43,939 nt of DNA. Origin: Clostridia bacterium. GTDB taxonomy: Bacteria; Bacillota; Clostridia; Oscillospirales; CAG-272. Positions within the stretch are counted from its first letter, which is position 1; every line of letters starts with the position of its first letter. A program made the position numbers and the translations under genes. A model generated the notes under the pieces. The model was given only the letters and a program-made list of their open reading frames with translations. It was not told where the DNA came from and ran no database searches. The stretch spans positions 1 through 43,939 of the forward strand of contig JAGBYG010000162.1 in NCBI GenBank assembly GCA_017628875.1, given 5' to 3'. Positions 1 to 8,265 of the stretch are shown here, one piece after another.

Positions 1-1
1 C

Positions 2-355
2 TTTGAGCTTCGCAACCCCGATGCTACATGCAACCCCTACTTCTGCTATGCGGCAATTCTCATGGCAGGTCTTGACGGTGTTAAGAATAAGATAGATCCT
101 CACGCAGAGGGCTGGGGTCCTTACGATTTCAACCTTTTCCACCTTTCCGACGAGGAGAAGGAAAAGCTCAAGGGCTTGCCCACTTCTCTTGATTTAGCCC
201 TTGATGCGCTTGAAGCAGACCACGATTATCTCACCGCAGGCGGAGTATTCCCCGAGGAGCTTCTCAAGAACTTTATTAAGACAAAGAGAGCAGAGTGCGC
301 AGAGCTTGCTAAAATTCCTACCCCCGCAGAATTTGATAAATACTATAATTTATAA
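2..355 (+). CDS. glnA: Glutamine synthetase type I, C-terminal part (5' truncated by the window)
   Basis: Frame from base 2 reads FELRNPDATCNPYFCYAAILMAGLDG...LPTSLDLALDALEAD...EFDKYYNL, the typical GS-I C-terminus. Confidence 0.95.
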   Translation, partial: FELRNPDATCNPYFCYAAILMAGLDGVKNKIDPHAEGWGPYDFNLFHLSDEEKEKLKGLPTSLDLALDALEADHDYLTAGGVFPEELLKNFIKTKRAECAELAKIPTPAEFDKYYNL

Positions 356-416
356 TATAGTCAAGTAAGCTCGATGACGTTGGGCTTGAATACGAAAAGT
401 GAAAGGAAGAAACAGT

Positions 417-923
417 ATGAATGTAATGAAACATGCTAAATTGGATACGGCTCAAATGGGGGCTGTGAATAGATGCCACCGTTGTGGTGCTCTCCCAATT
501 TTTAGCAAATCACCTTGCAATCATGGTTTCACAATTTTGTGTCCTAACTGTAAGAATCAGGTGGGTATGACCGTTGACTATTTATTAAAATCAGAAGCGG
601 ATAAATTATGTCGCGCTTGGAATGATACAACCTTGGACGGAACGTTCTCGATTATGGCAAATTCCAATGGCTACCAAGGTAAGATTTCCGAGGGAAGCTT
701 GGCGCTTATAAGATGCTTGGATAGTTATATCGAACAGATTACCGACAATATGGACGAGCTTTTGATTCGTTTGAAAAACGAGCATAACAAAGGGCTTGAC
801 ATCGACTATGATATATGTCAGTTTGTTCCAAATGAAACGGGCTTTGAATTGCATCATATTACAACTTCTCGCGTTTGTATTTACCTTATGTGCGGAAAGC
901 TGCCCGATGATATAATCGAATAA
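417..923 (+). CDS. Lar (restriction alleviation)-like zinc-finger protein with a C-terminal extension
   Basis: CHRCG...CPNC...AWN pattern; RBS GAAAGGA before ATG 417; clear paralog of 17618..18133. Confidence 0.6.
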   Translation: MNVMKHAKLDTAQMGAVNRCHRCGALPIFSKSPCNHGFTILCPNCKNQVGMTVDYLLKSEADKLCRAWNDTTLDGTFSIMANSNGYQGKISEGSLALIRCLDSYIEQITDNMDELLIRLKNEHNKGLDIDYDICQFVPNETGFELHHITTSRVCIYLMCGKLPDDIIE

Positions 924-944
924 ATTATTAAGGGGAAAAATAAA

Positions 945-1385
945 ATGGAAGAAAAAGAAACTGTATGCCATGAATGTGGCACAATTATTGGAAATTGGGC
1001 GGACGTTTGCATCGAATGTGGATGTCCAAAAGACGAAGATGGCGAAAGATTATCCGAAGAAAACGTTAGAGCGGAAGCGGAAGTAAGATTCATTCGCAAC
1101 AAGGACGATGAAAATAGCAACGAATACGAAATCGTTGATATTGAATATTACGTTAACGGTACAGAGTTGGAAATCATCGCATATCTTAATAAAATTTCCG
1201 AGGGTGAAGGCCGCGAGGGAGAGGGAGATGATTTCTATTTATATATGCTTGATTCTCATAGCGGTGAAATTTCTTATGGCCCCGTTACTATGCCATATAT
1301 GGAAGTTGGTGCAACCAATGACGTATGGATTAAAGGCCGTATTGACCAAATGGGAACATACCGAATCCTTGTTGAACTTCAATAG
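945..1385 (+). CDS. Acidic hypothetical protein with an N-terminal zinc ribbon
   Basis: CHECG-x9-CIECG; AAGGGG RBS; followed by a terminator. Confidence 0.7.
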   Translation: MEEKETVCHECGTIIGNWADVCIECGCPKDEDGERLSEENVRAEAEVRFIRNKDDENSNEYEIVDIEYYVNGTELEIIAYLNKISEGEGREGEGDDFYLYMLDSHSGEISYGPVTMPYMEVGATNDVWIKGRIDQMGTYRILVELQ

Positions 1386-1421
1386 AAACAGTATTGTTAA
1401 AAGTAAAAAATAACAAAAATG

Positions 1422-1454
1422 AAAAAAGTCACGACTAAAAGTCGTGACTTTTTT
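1422..1454. terminator. Bidirectional intrinsic terminator
   Basis: AAAAAAGTCACGAC-taaaa-GTCGTGACTTTTTT perfect inverted repeat. Confidence 0.85.
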
Positions 1455-1463
1455 AGGTTTGAT

Positions 1464-1524
1464 AAAAAACAGCTCAAATCCTTGATAAATAAGGATTTGA
1501 GCTTGGCGGAGAATGCGATTTGAA
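1464..1524 (-). repeat. Degenerate tRNA-Ser 3'-end remnant with an adjacent terminator hairpin
   Basis: TGGCGGAGAAtgcGATTTGAA (1504-1524) resembles the att core; next to it is AGCTCAAATCCTT-gataaat-AAGGATTTGAGCT (1471-1503). Confidence 0.65.
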
Positions 1525-1750
1525 GCGGCTACACCGCCCACTCGCGTCGCATAGTCGGTGTTTAAATATAACAAGTGCGAACATAGTCCCACTCGAAAAT
1601 ATAGTCGTCTCGGGTGTATGCTAAAGCACACGCCCGACACTCCTTATTTTCTCCCTTCTCGTTCTCCCTTCATCTGCCACTGGCAGCGGTCGAACTCGAA
1701 GCCCTCGCGCCGCCCGTCGCTCCTACGAATTTAAATATCACAATTCAAGC

Positions 1751-1789
1751 AAAAAGAAAAAGCAGACACAAGGTCTGCTTTCTCTTTTT
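1751..1789. terminator. Terminator hairpin abutting the left att copy
   Basis: AAAGCAGAC-acaag-GTCTGCTTT with A- and T-tracts on either side. Confidence 0.75.
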
Positions 1790-1813
1790 GGCGGAGAAGG
1801 AGAGATTTGAACT
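1789..1813 (-). repeat. att site: displaced tRNA-Ser 3' end (25-bp direct repeat, left copy)
   Basis: TGGCGGAGAAGGAGAGATTTGAACT is identical to 43897-43921. Confidence 0.95.
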
Positions 1814-1868
1814 GTGTTAGGTTAATCAAAACGGTCATATTTGTCATAAAAATGGCCATTTTGGTGCC

Positions 1869-1942
1869 ATTTTGTCCTATTTTTCCTGGATTTGCTAAAA
1901 CTTTTTGATTTTGTATGGGGCGCGTATGAGGAGCGTATGGGG
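1869..1942 (+). repeat. Putative integrase arm-type sites, left end
   Basis: GTATG(G/A)GG at 1913, 1924 and 1935 (11-bp period); ATTTTGTCCTAT at 1869. Both motifs recur at the right end. Confidence 0.75.
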
Positions 1943-1992
1943 AAAATACACACAAAAAAGAAGACCATATTTGAAGATGTGGGCTTCTTTTT

Positions 1993-3213
1993 TTACATTT
2001 GCTCTTTGACAGATTTGATGTATTTATCAAAGTTGTCGGCGCTTTTGGTTACTCGGGTTTGGCTCAATCCATCGTAATAATGCCACGTGGTACTAGCCTC
2101 AGAATGTCCTAATCTCTTTTGGACGGTAGTATAATCGTCACCATTGTCAAAGGAGATGATAGCGTGATTATGACGCAATCCGTGGAAATACTCTTCGGGC
2201 TTTCCAATGGCAGCTACAACTCTTTTGTAATGTTTGTAAAGCGTGTTGTGTGATATGTTGCGTCCATACTCATCTTCAAAAACAAGTCCTGGGAAGGGTT
2301 CGTGCCACAAATCTTTAGCGATTTCTCTTTGCTGGAGTTGTTCCTCATATCTTTCTTTCAAAAGATTGATAATCTCATCTTTTACTTCGATTTTTCTCAT
2401 TTGCTTGTGCTTGACAGGACCAAATGCATATTTCAACTCTGGCTGATCGTCTTGAACTTCAACGTAGTGCATCTTCTTTTTTCTGTATAGCTGTTTTCTA
2501 ACGTGGATAATTTTCTTATCCCAGTCTATACAATCCCAGGTCAAACCGATAATTTCACCCTGTCTCATACCTGTAAATAAGCAGAACGAGATCAATTTGC
2601 TAAATCTGTCTGTCTCTGCTTCTTTAAGAAGAGCTACAACTTCATCAAATTCGAAAGGGATTATTTCTTGGTCTACCACTTTGGGAAGATGCGTGTGTGT
2701 AGCAGGATTAATTTTGATGTAATCCAAGTCTACTGCAACATTGAGAGCCTTGCGCAAAACTGCGTGTATCTCTCTAATGGTTTTTTCGGAAAGAGGTTTT
2801 CCTAACCTGGATTTCTTTGTGATCAAATGATTTGCAAATTCCTGTACCTTTTCACGAGTTAATTTGCAGAGTGGTATATCACCGAGAAATGGAATAATGT
2901 GGATACGAATGCGATCCTCATACGCCTTTCGGCCAAGAGGTGACATATGCATTGTGAATGTTTGCATATAGAAGATCAAAAACTCGCGGACAGTTTTCTT
3001 GTTGGGGGTAACATAAGTGCCATCGTTAATGGAATTCAAAACTTGAAGTTTGAATTCGATGGCATCGGCTTTTTTGTCAAAAGTCTTGCTTCCCATCTTT
3101 TGTTTGTGAGTAACGGGATCGTAAGACTTCGTAAAACGAACTTCCCACTTGCCGTTTTTGGTCTTTCTGATACTGCCTTCACCGTTTCCTGCTTTAATGC
3201 TCTTTTTAGCCAT
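1993..3213 (-). CDS. int: Tyrosine recombinase / site-specific integrase
   Basis: N-terminal GEGSI...WEVR arm domain; TGMRQGE, FHGLRH and LGHSEASTTWHYY catalytic motifs intact; RBS GAAAGGAG. Confidence 0.96.
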   Translation of the reverse strand: MAKKSIKAGNGEGSIRKTKNGKWEVRFTKSYDPVTHKQKMGSKTFDKKADAIEFKLQVLNSINDGTYVTPNKKTVREFLIFYMQTFTMHMSPLGRKAYEDRIRIHIIPFLGDIPLCKLTREKVQEFANHLITKKSRLGKPLSEKTIREIHAVLRKALNVAVDLDYIKINPATHTHLPKVVDQEIIPFEFDEVVALLKEAETDRFSKLISFCLFTGMRQGEIIGLTWDCIDWDKKIIHVRKQLYRKKKMHYVEVQDDQPELKYAFGPVKHKQMRKIEVKDEIINLLKERYEEQLQQREIAKDLWHEPFPGLVFEDEYGRNISHNTLYKHYKRVVAAIGKPEEYFHGLRHNHAIISFDNGDDYTTVQKRLGHSEASTTWHYYDGLSQTRVTKSADNFDKYIKSVKEQM

Positions 3214-3214
3214 A

Positions 3215-3424
3215 TCAAGCACTCTCCTTTCCCCAATTAAGATTGGATCTTTCGGAGATCATATCCATTGCACGTGAATTCAAAAACTGAGTTTTGAACA
3301 AGAGCGCTTCTTTTTGAGCGTAGAAAACTTTGGGGTTTGTGTTGTGAGCATTTACATAACGAACTTCCCATCTTCCGCCATCGCAGGGTTTAATGATTGC
3401 ACGGGGTGTTTTGTTTGTCATCAT
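3215..3424 (-). CDS. 69-aa stand-alone homolog of the integrase arm-binding domain
   Basis: RBS GAAAGGAG before ATG 3424; GRWEVRY...KVF...EALLFKTQFLNS aligns with Int GKWEVRF...KTF...DAIEFKLQVLNS. Confidence 0.7.
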   Translation of the reverse strand: MMTNKTPRAIIKPCDGGRWEVRYVNAHNTNPKVFYAQKEALLFKTQFLNSRAMDMISERSNLNWGKESA

Positions 3425-3425
3425 A

Positions 3426-3647
3426 TTACGCACACTCCTTTCCAAGCTTGAGATCTCCACCAAGGTTAATCCAAGAGAGAAGCTGATCTCTTTTGAGGTA
3501 AAGTCTTCCTCTGATGCCGACGGTGAGTTCGGAGTGGTCGTGAGCAATGGCATAAAAGCCGTTCTTTGTGATGCCCATTTTTTGAGCATCTTTTACTGTG
3601 ATGAGCATAGGGAGCTCGGGGTGAGTGCTGGTTTGTTTCTGTGTCAT
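3426..3647 (-). CDS. xis: Excisionase / recombination directionality factor (winged HTH)
   Basis: LPMLITVKDAQKMGITKNGFY...IRGRLYLKRDQLLSWI; upstream of int; RBS GAAAGGA. Confidence 0.8.
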   Translation of the reverse strand: MTQKQTSTHPELPMLITVKDAQKMGITKNGFYAIAHDHSELTVGIRGRLYLKRDQLLSWINLGGDLKLGKECA

Positions 3648-3780
3648 AGTTTTCTTTCCTTTCATTATATAGAATTGTTTTAATTTCTTTTTTAGGAAAC
3701 ATATGCTAAGAAACAAAAAAGCATAGTTATCCTTAAAAAAGAAAACTATGCTATAGAGTTAACTCTCTAACCCTATTAAT

Positions 3781-3809
3781 ATTGTACTCGAAAAAATGAC
3801 CAATGTCAA
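3781..3809 (-). promoter_or_regulatory. SigA-type promoter for the xis-int operon
   Basis: Minus strand TTGACA-17 bp-TACAAT. Confidence 0.7.
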
Positions 3810-3941
3810 TAGGTTTTGTCCGGTTTTCAAATTTTTTAAATAAAATTTTTAGGTTTTTTTAGAAAAATATGAATAATATCAAAGCTTTTTTAAACAATAA
3901 ATTGATGCAAAAACTTATCTTTTTTGTAATTATACATATAT

Positions 3942-3972
3942 AAAAAATCCCTCAAATCGTTTGATTTGAGGG
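3942..3972 (-). terminator. Terminator of the abiE operon
   Basis: CCCTCAAATC-gttt-GATTTGAGGG with a minus-strand U-tract. Confidence 0.8.
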
Positions 3973-3979
3973 TATATTG

Positions 3980-4843
3980 TTATACTGCACTTTCAAACAG
4001 TGCTATTTCTTTTTCTAAAATGTTGCAACTTGTATGCAAGACGTTTTTCCAAGCAAGGTCGCCCACATAATAGCTATATGATTTATAATTTTTCCAGTTG
4101 CTTTCGAGGTAATCACTTTGCTTGATATCTTTAAGAATGTCATCAAGATTATCAAAAAGATGTAATGTTCCTCTTTTACGAGCCACATTTAGGATTGCCT
4201 GCTCCAAAATCTTGAGATTAATCTCTGATTGCATCTCTGTCCACAAAATATGTATATCATAAAAATCTCTCATACGAGTGTTAAGTGTGGAACGCGCAAC
4301 TATAGTTTCAAGCTTTTCTGCGAGTACGGTTTCAAGATTGTATGACCAAATGTCAAGCTTTTCATCATCGAACATCATTTTGTAAGAAAATTCGATGGCA
4401 GCGGGTGTGATTTCATCACCAGTTGAAACATCTACCTTGATTGTGTCTCTAAGCTTTTCAAGAGTTACTTCCAATGTAAAACGAATACCGGCATAGTCGT
4501 GTTCTTCCATAATGTCTTCAATCTTTGTGATGCTGAAGGTAAGACCGTCGTCAAGATCCGTCTTAGCAATTTCTTTGATGATGGAAGAAGCAACTTCCTT
4601 TGTTAATGAAAGAGAACGAACGGTGGTGTCAATATCCATAGTCGCTCTTGCTTCAACACCTACAAGCGCAGAAACGAGCATACCGCCTTTGAGAATGAAG
4701 TTGTTTTTGTATTCCGATTGAGCAATTCTTGCAAGAAATCTCTCCATCATATATTTTCTGATAAGCATCTGAGCTTTTGTGCTATCGTTTCCTGACAAAT
4801 TAGAAATCTTATCTTTTAACTGTCTTGATGTTTTGATAATCAT
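3980..4843 (-). CDS. abiEii: AbiEii-family nucleotidyltransferase toxin (type IV TA / abortive infection)
   Basis: FILKGG...RATMDID, AEKLE and RMRDFYDI motifs. Confidence 0.92.
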   Translation of the reverse strand: MIIKTSRQLKDKISNLSGNDSTKAQMLIRKYMMERFLARIAQSEYKNNFILKGGMLVSALVGVEARATMDIDTTVRSLSLTKEVASSIIKEIAKTDLDDGLTFSITKIEDIMEEHDYAGIRFTLEVTLEKLRDTIKVDVSTGDEITPAAIEFSYKMMFDDEKLDIWSYNLETVLAEKLETIVARSTLNTRMRDFYDIHILWTEMQSEINLKILEQAILNVARKRGTLHLFDNLDDILKDIKQSDYLESNWKNYKSYSYYVGDLAWKNVLHTSCNILEKEIALFESAV

Positions 4844-5433
4844 AACAATACCTCCATATATTGACGGATTTCCGCTTCAATGCCAAATTCTTTTGCATAC
4901 GTCATTAGTCGGGGTAAATTTTTGGAAGAACTTTTCGCATATTCCTTCATAGCGTAAGCAAACATTTGAGGATCTTTTTTGTCCTTTACGCGCACAAGGT
5001 CGCAAATTGTACGCTCCATATCGTAAACGGGAACTTCATTTCCGTAAGTTGTTTTTGCGGTGCTTTTGCCTAAGTCTAACCATTCTTCTTTGACTTGATA
5101 TACAGAAATGCCCCTGCTACGCAAACGAGAAGCGTTGTATTTTCTTGGAACTGTAAGAAAGATTGTACCTGGCTCGCGCTCGGTCAATCCGTGCAACATA
5201 AGAGCAGTATCAAAAGAGCATACTGCTTTTTCGCTTTTTAATGTTGCAATGTATAGCTCGTCCGTCCATATATCGGGAGACTTATATAAACCGTGAGCAA
5301 CCTTTTCAAAATTGTTATTTTTTAGATATTCTTGGATATAAACCCTTGAAATTCCAAGCGCTTGCGCTTCGGAAATCAATACATATCCATTACATTTTTC
5401 AATCAATTCAATTAATCTATCGGTCTTTGTCAT
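4840..5433 (-). CDS. abiEi: AbiEi-family antitoxin / transcriptional regulator
   Basis: N-terminal wHTH (KVAHGLY), TALMLHGLT, YDMERTICD; overlaps the abiEii start. Confidence 0.9.
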   Translation of the reverse strand: MTKTDRLIELIEKCNGYVLISEAQALGISRVYIQEYLKNNNFEKVAHGLYKSPDIWTDELYIATLKSEKAVCSFDTALMLHGLTEREPGTIFLTVPRKYNASRLRSRGISVYQVKEEWLDLGKSTAKTTYGNEVPVYDMERTICDLVRVKDKKDPQMFAYAMKEYAKSSSKNLPRLMTYAKEFGIEAEIRQYMEVLL

Positions 5434-5451
5434 AATTACACCTACCTTTTA

Positions 5452-5488
5452 TGCTTACAATTATATCATAAGTAAGCACGAATGTAAA
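5452..5488 (-). promoter_or_regulatory. abiE promoter with an overlapping inverted-repeat operator
   Basis: Minus strand TTTACA-17-TATAAT with an extended TG; TGCTTAC-N13-GTAAGCA (5452-5478) straddles the -10 box. Confidence 0.7.
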
Positions 5489-5601
5489 GTATTTTTTGAA
5501 ATTTTATTAAATATTTTATTTTTTTGCAAAAATTGAAGAATTTTGTTGAAAAGATGGGTAATATATTATGTCGTGCAAATAAAATCTTATTACAATTATT
5601 C

Positions 5602-5666
5602 AATTTTATCATTTTTGCAAAAATGATAAAATTAAACTTGACAATTGATTATAATAAGGGTATAAT
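5602..5666 (+). promoter_or_regulatory. Consensus SigA promoter of the fic-hsd operon, preceded by a perfect 32-bp palindrome
   Basis: TTGACA (5638)-17 bp-TATAAT (5661); AATTTTATCATTTTTGCAAAAATGATAAAATT at 5602-5633. Confidence 0.85.
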
Positions 5667-5698
5667 ATATGTAGAAAAATATATTTTTAGAGGTTATT

Positions 5699-6760
5699 AT
5701 GAGAAATTACGCTTATAACAACAAGTGGAAAAAGCTTTTGACGCCGGAAATTGTTTTGCTGTTGACACAAATTCACGAGTATAAAGGTGAGCAAGCCTTA
5801 TTTGTGGAGACTAAAGCTGATACACTTACACAGCTTGTTGAAGTTGCAAAGATACAGAGTACAGAGGCATCAAACAAAATCGAAGGTATTTACACTTCCG
5901 ACGAGCGTTTGAAAAGCATTGTTGCAAACAAAACTATGCCCCGAACAAGAAACGAGCAGGAAATTGCCGGTTATCGTGATGTACTTGCTACTATTCACGA
6001 AAACTACACATATATCCCCGTTAAGCCATCTATCATTTTGCAGCTCCATCGCGATTTGTATAAATTTAGTGGCAAATCCATTGGTGGTAATTACAAGGTA
6101 TCTGAAAATGTGATTGCCGAAGAAGATGAAGCGGGTAATAAACGTATTCGTTTTCAGCCTGTAGTATCTTGGGAAACACCGGGAGCAATAGATACTATAT
6201 GTGCAGAATTTGATGAAATGATTTCACAAACTGATGTAGATCCTCTTTTAATCATTCCAATGTTTGTGTTGGATTTTCTTTGTATTCACCCCTTTAACGA
6301 CGGAAACGGTAGAATGAGCCGTTTGCTTACGTTGTTGCTTTTGTATCGTGCAGGATATACCGTTGGAAAATATATCAGTATTGAAAAATTGATTGAGCAA
6401 ACCAAAGAAACATATTATGAAGCATTGCAAAATAGTTCTGCGAATTGGCACGAGGGTGAAAACGATTATATTCCTTTCGTTCAATATACACTTGGTGTAG
6501 TGCTTGCGGCTTACCGCGAATTTTCAGTAAGAATGAAATCAATGGCTACCAATAATATGTCAAAGCCCGAGCGCATCAAAGAACTTATAAAAAACATACT
6601 CGGAACGATTACAAAAACAGAAATTATGAAGGAATGTCCCGATATAAGCCAAATTACTGTGCAGAGAGCACTTAATGATTTGGTTACAAGCGGAGAAATT
6701 TTGAAAATTGGCGGCGGACGTTATACCGCATATATGTGGAACCACAATAAGGAGAATTAA
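5699..6760 (+). CDS. Fic-family AMPylase with a C-terminal winged HTH
   Basis: HPFNDGNGRMSR Fic motif; N-terminal SNKIEG inhibitory-type motif; C-terminal ISQITVQRALNDLV...GGGRYTAY. Confidence 0.92.
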   Translation: MRNYAYNNKWKKLLTPEIVLLLTQIHEYKGEQALFVETKADTLTQLVEVAKIQSTEASNKIEGIYTSDERLKSIVANKTMPRTRNEQEIAGYRDVLATIHENYTYIPVKPSIILQLHRDLYKFSGKSIGGNYKVSENVIAEEDEAGNKRIRFQPVVSWETPGAIDTICAEFDEMISQTDVDPLLIIPMFVLDFLCIHPFNDGNGRMSRLLTLLLLYRAGYTVGKYISIEKLIEQTKETYYEALQNSSANWHEGENDYIPFVQYTLGVVLAAYREFSVRMKSMATNNMSKPERIKELIKNILGTITKTEIMKECPDISQITVQRALNDLVTSGEILKIGGGRYTAYMWNHNKEN

Positions 6761-6762
6761 TT

Positions 6763-8265
6763 ATGATTACAGGTGAACTTAAAAATAGAATTGACGGACT
6801 TTGGGACGTATTTGCGGCGGGGGGAATTGTAAATCCCATTAGTGTAATTGAGCAAATTACATATCTTATGTTTATTCACGAGCTTGACGAAACGGATAAC
6901 CTTCGTGCAAAGGAAGCTGTTATGCTCGGACTTCCTCATAAGAGTATTTTTGCAGATAGAGTTAAGGTTGGCGACCGCGAGATTGACGGTCAGCAGCTCA
7001 AGTGGTCGGTGTTCCACGATTTTCCTGCAGGAAAGATGTATTCAACCGTGCAGGAGTGGGTTTTCCCGTTTATTAAGAATCTTCACGATGATAAGGATAG
7101 CGCATATTCCAAATATATGGACGATGCGATTTTCAAAATTCCCACACCCTTGCTTCTTGATAAAATAGTAACCATACTTGACGATATTTATGACAAAATG
7201 TCACAGATAAAGGATACGGATATCCGTGGCGACGTTTATGAATATTTGCTCTCTAAAATTGCGCAGTCGGGACTTAACGGTCAGTTCCGTACTCCTCGAC
7301 ACATCATTCGTATGATGGTCGAGCTTATGGACCCCAAGGCGGACGAGGTTATTTGTGACCCCGCGTGTGGTACTTCGGGATTTCTTGTTGCGGCAGGGGA
7401 TTACTTGAATGAAAAGCGCAAGGAAGAAATCTTCTTCAATAGACAAAAGAAGGCACACTATATGAACGGAATGTTCCACGGCTACGATATGGATAGAACA
7501 ATGCTCCGTATCGGTGCGATGAATATGATGACGCACGGTGTGGACAACCCCTATATCGAATACCGTGATAGCTTGTCCGATCAGAATACGGATAAGGAGA
7601 AATACTCACTTATACTTGCAAACCCACCTTTCAAGGGAAGTCTTGACTACGATACAGTTTCTGCAGACTTGCTTAAGGTTTGCAAAACCAAAAAGACCGA
7701 GCTTTTGTTTCTTGCATTGATGCTTCGTATGCTTCGCGTGGGCGGAAGATGTGCGGTTATCGTTCCCGATGGCGTGCTTTTCGGTTCATCAACTGCACAC
7801 AAGGCAATTCGCAAGGCTATCGTTGATGACAATAGACTTGAAGCGGTTATTTCTATGCCCTCAGGCGTGTTCAAGCCCTATGCGGGAGTTTCAACAGGAA
7901 TTCTTATTTTCACAAAGACAGGACACGGTGGAACTGATAATGTTTGGTTCTATGATATGCAAGCGGACGGATTTAGCTTGGACGATAAGCGCACCGAGGT
8001 AAAGGAAAATGACATTCCTGATATTATAGCGCGTTTCCATAATCGTGATGGCGAAATCGACCGCGCACGCACCGAAAAGAGCTTTTTCGTTCCAAAATCC
8101 GAGATAGTTGGCAACGATTATGACCTTTCAATAAATAAGTATAAAAAGACTGAATATAAGCCCGTGGAGTATGCTCCCACAAAGGAGATTTTGGCTGAAA
8201 TCAACGAACTTGAAGCACAGATCCAGCAAGGACTCAAAGAGTTGGAGGGGATGTTGAATGGATAG
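6763..8265 (+). CDS. hsdM: Type I R-M methyltransferase subunit
   Basis: GQFRTPRHI, DPACGTSGFL and NPPF motifs. Confidence 0.96.
   Translation: MITGELKNRIDGLWDVFAAGGIVNPISVIEQITYLMFIHELDETDNLRAKEAVMLGLPHKSIFADRVKVGDREIDGQQLKWSVFHDFPAGKMYSTVQEWVFPFIKNLHDDKDSAYSKYMDDAIFKIPTPLLLDKIVTILDDIYDKMSQIKDTDIRGDVYEYLLSKIAQSGLNGQFRTPRHIIRMMVELMDPKADEVICDPACGTSGFLVAAGDYLNEKRKEEIFFNRQKKAHYMNGMFHGYDMDRTMLRIGAMNMMTHGVDNPYIEYRDSLSDQNTDKEKYSLILANPPFKGSLDYDTVSADLLKVCKTKKTELLFLALMLRMLRVGGRCAVIVPDGVLFGSSTAHKAIRKAIVDDNRLEAVISMPSGVFKPYAGVSTGILIFTKTGHGGTDNVWFYDMQADGFSLDDKRTEVKENDIPDIIARFHNRDGEIDRARTEKSFFVPKSEIVGNDYDLSINKYKKTEYKPVEYAPTKEILAEINELEAQIQQGLKELEGMLNG

Noticed and set aside
1239-2077. ORFs 1239..1640, 1614..1820, 1731..2030 and 1892..2077
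   Set aside because: They run across terminators, att and arm sites, lack convincing RBSs and have no recognisable protein features.
3425-3589. 5' extension of ORF 3215..3589
   Set aside because: It overlaps xis in another frame; the RBS supports a start at 3424.
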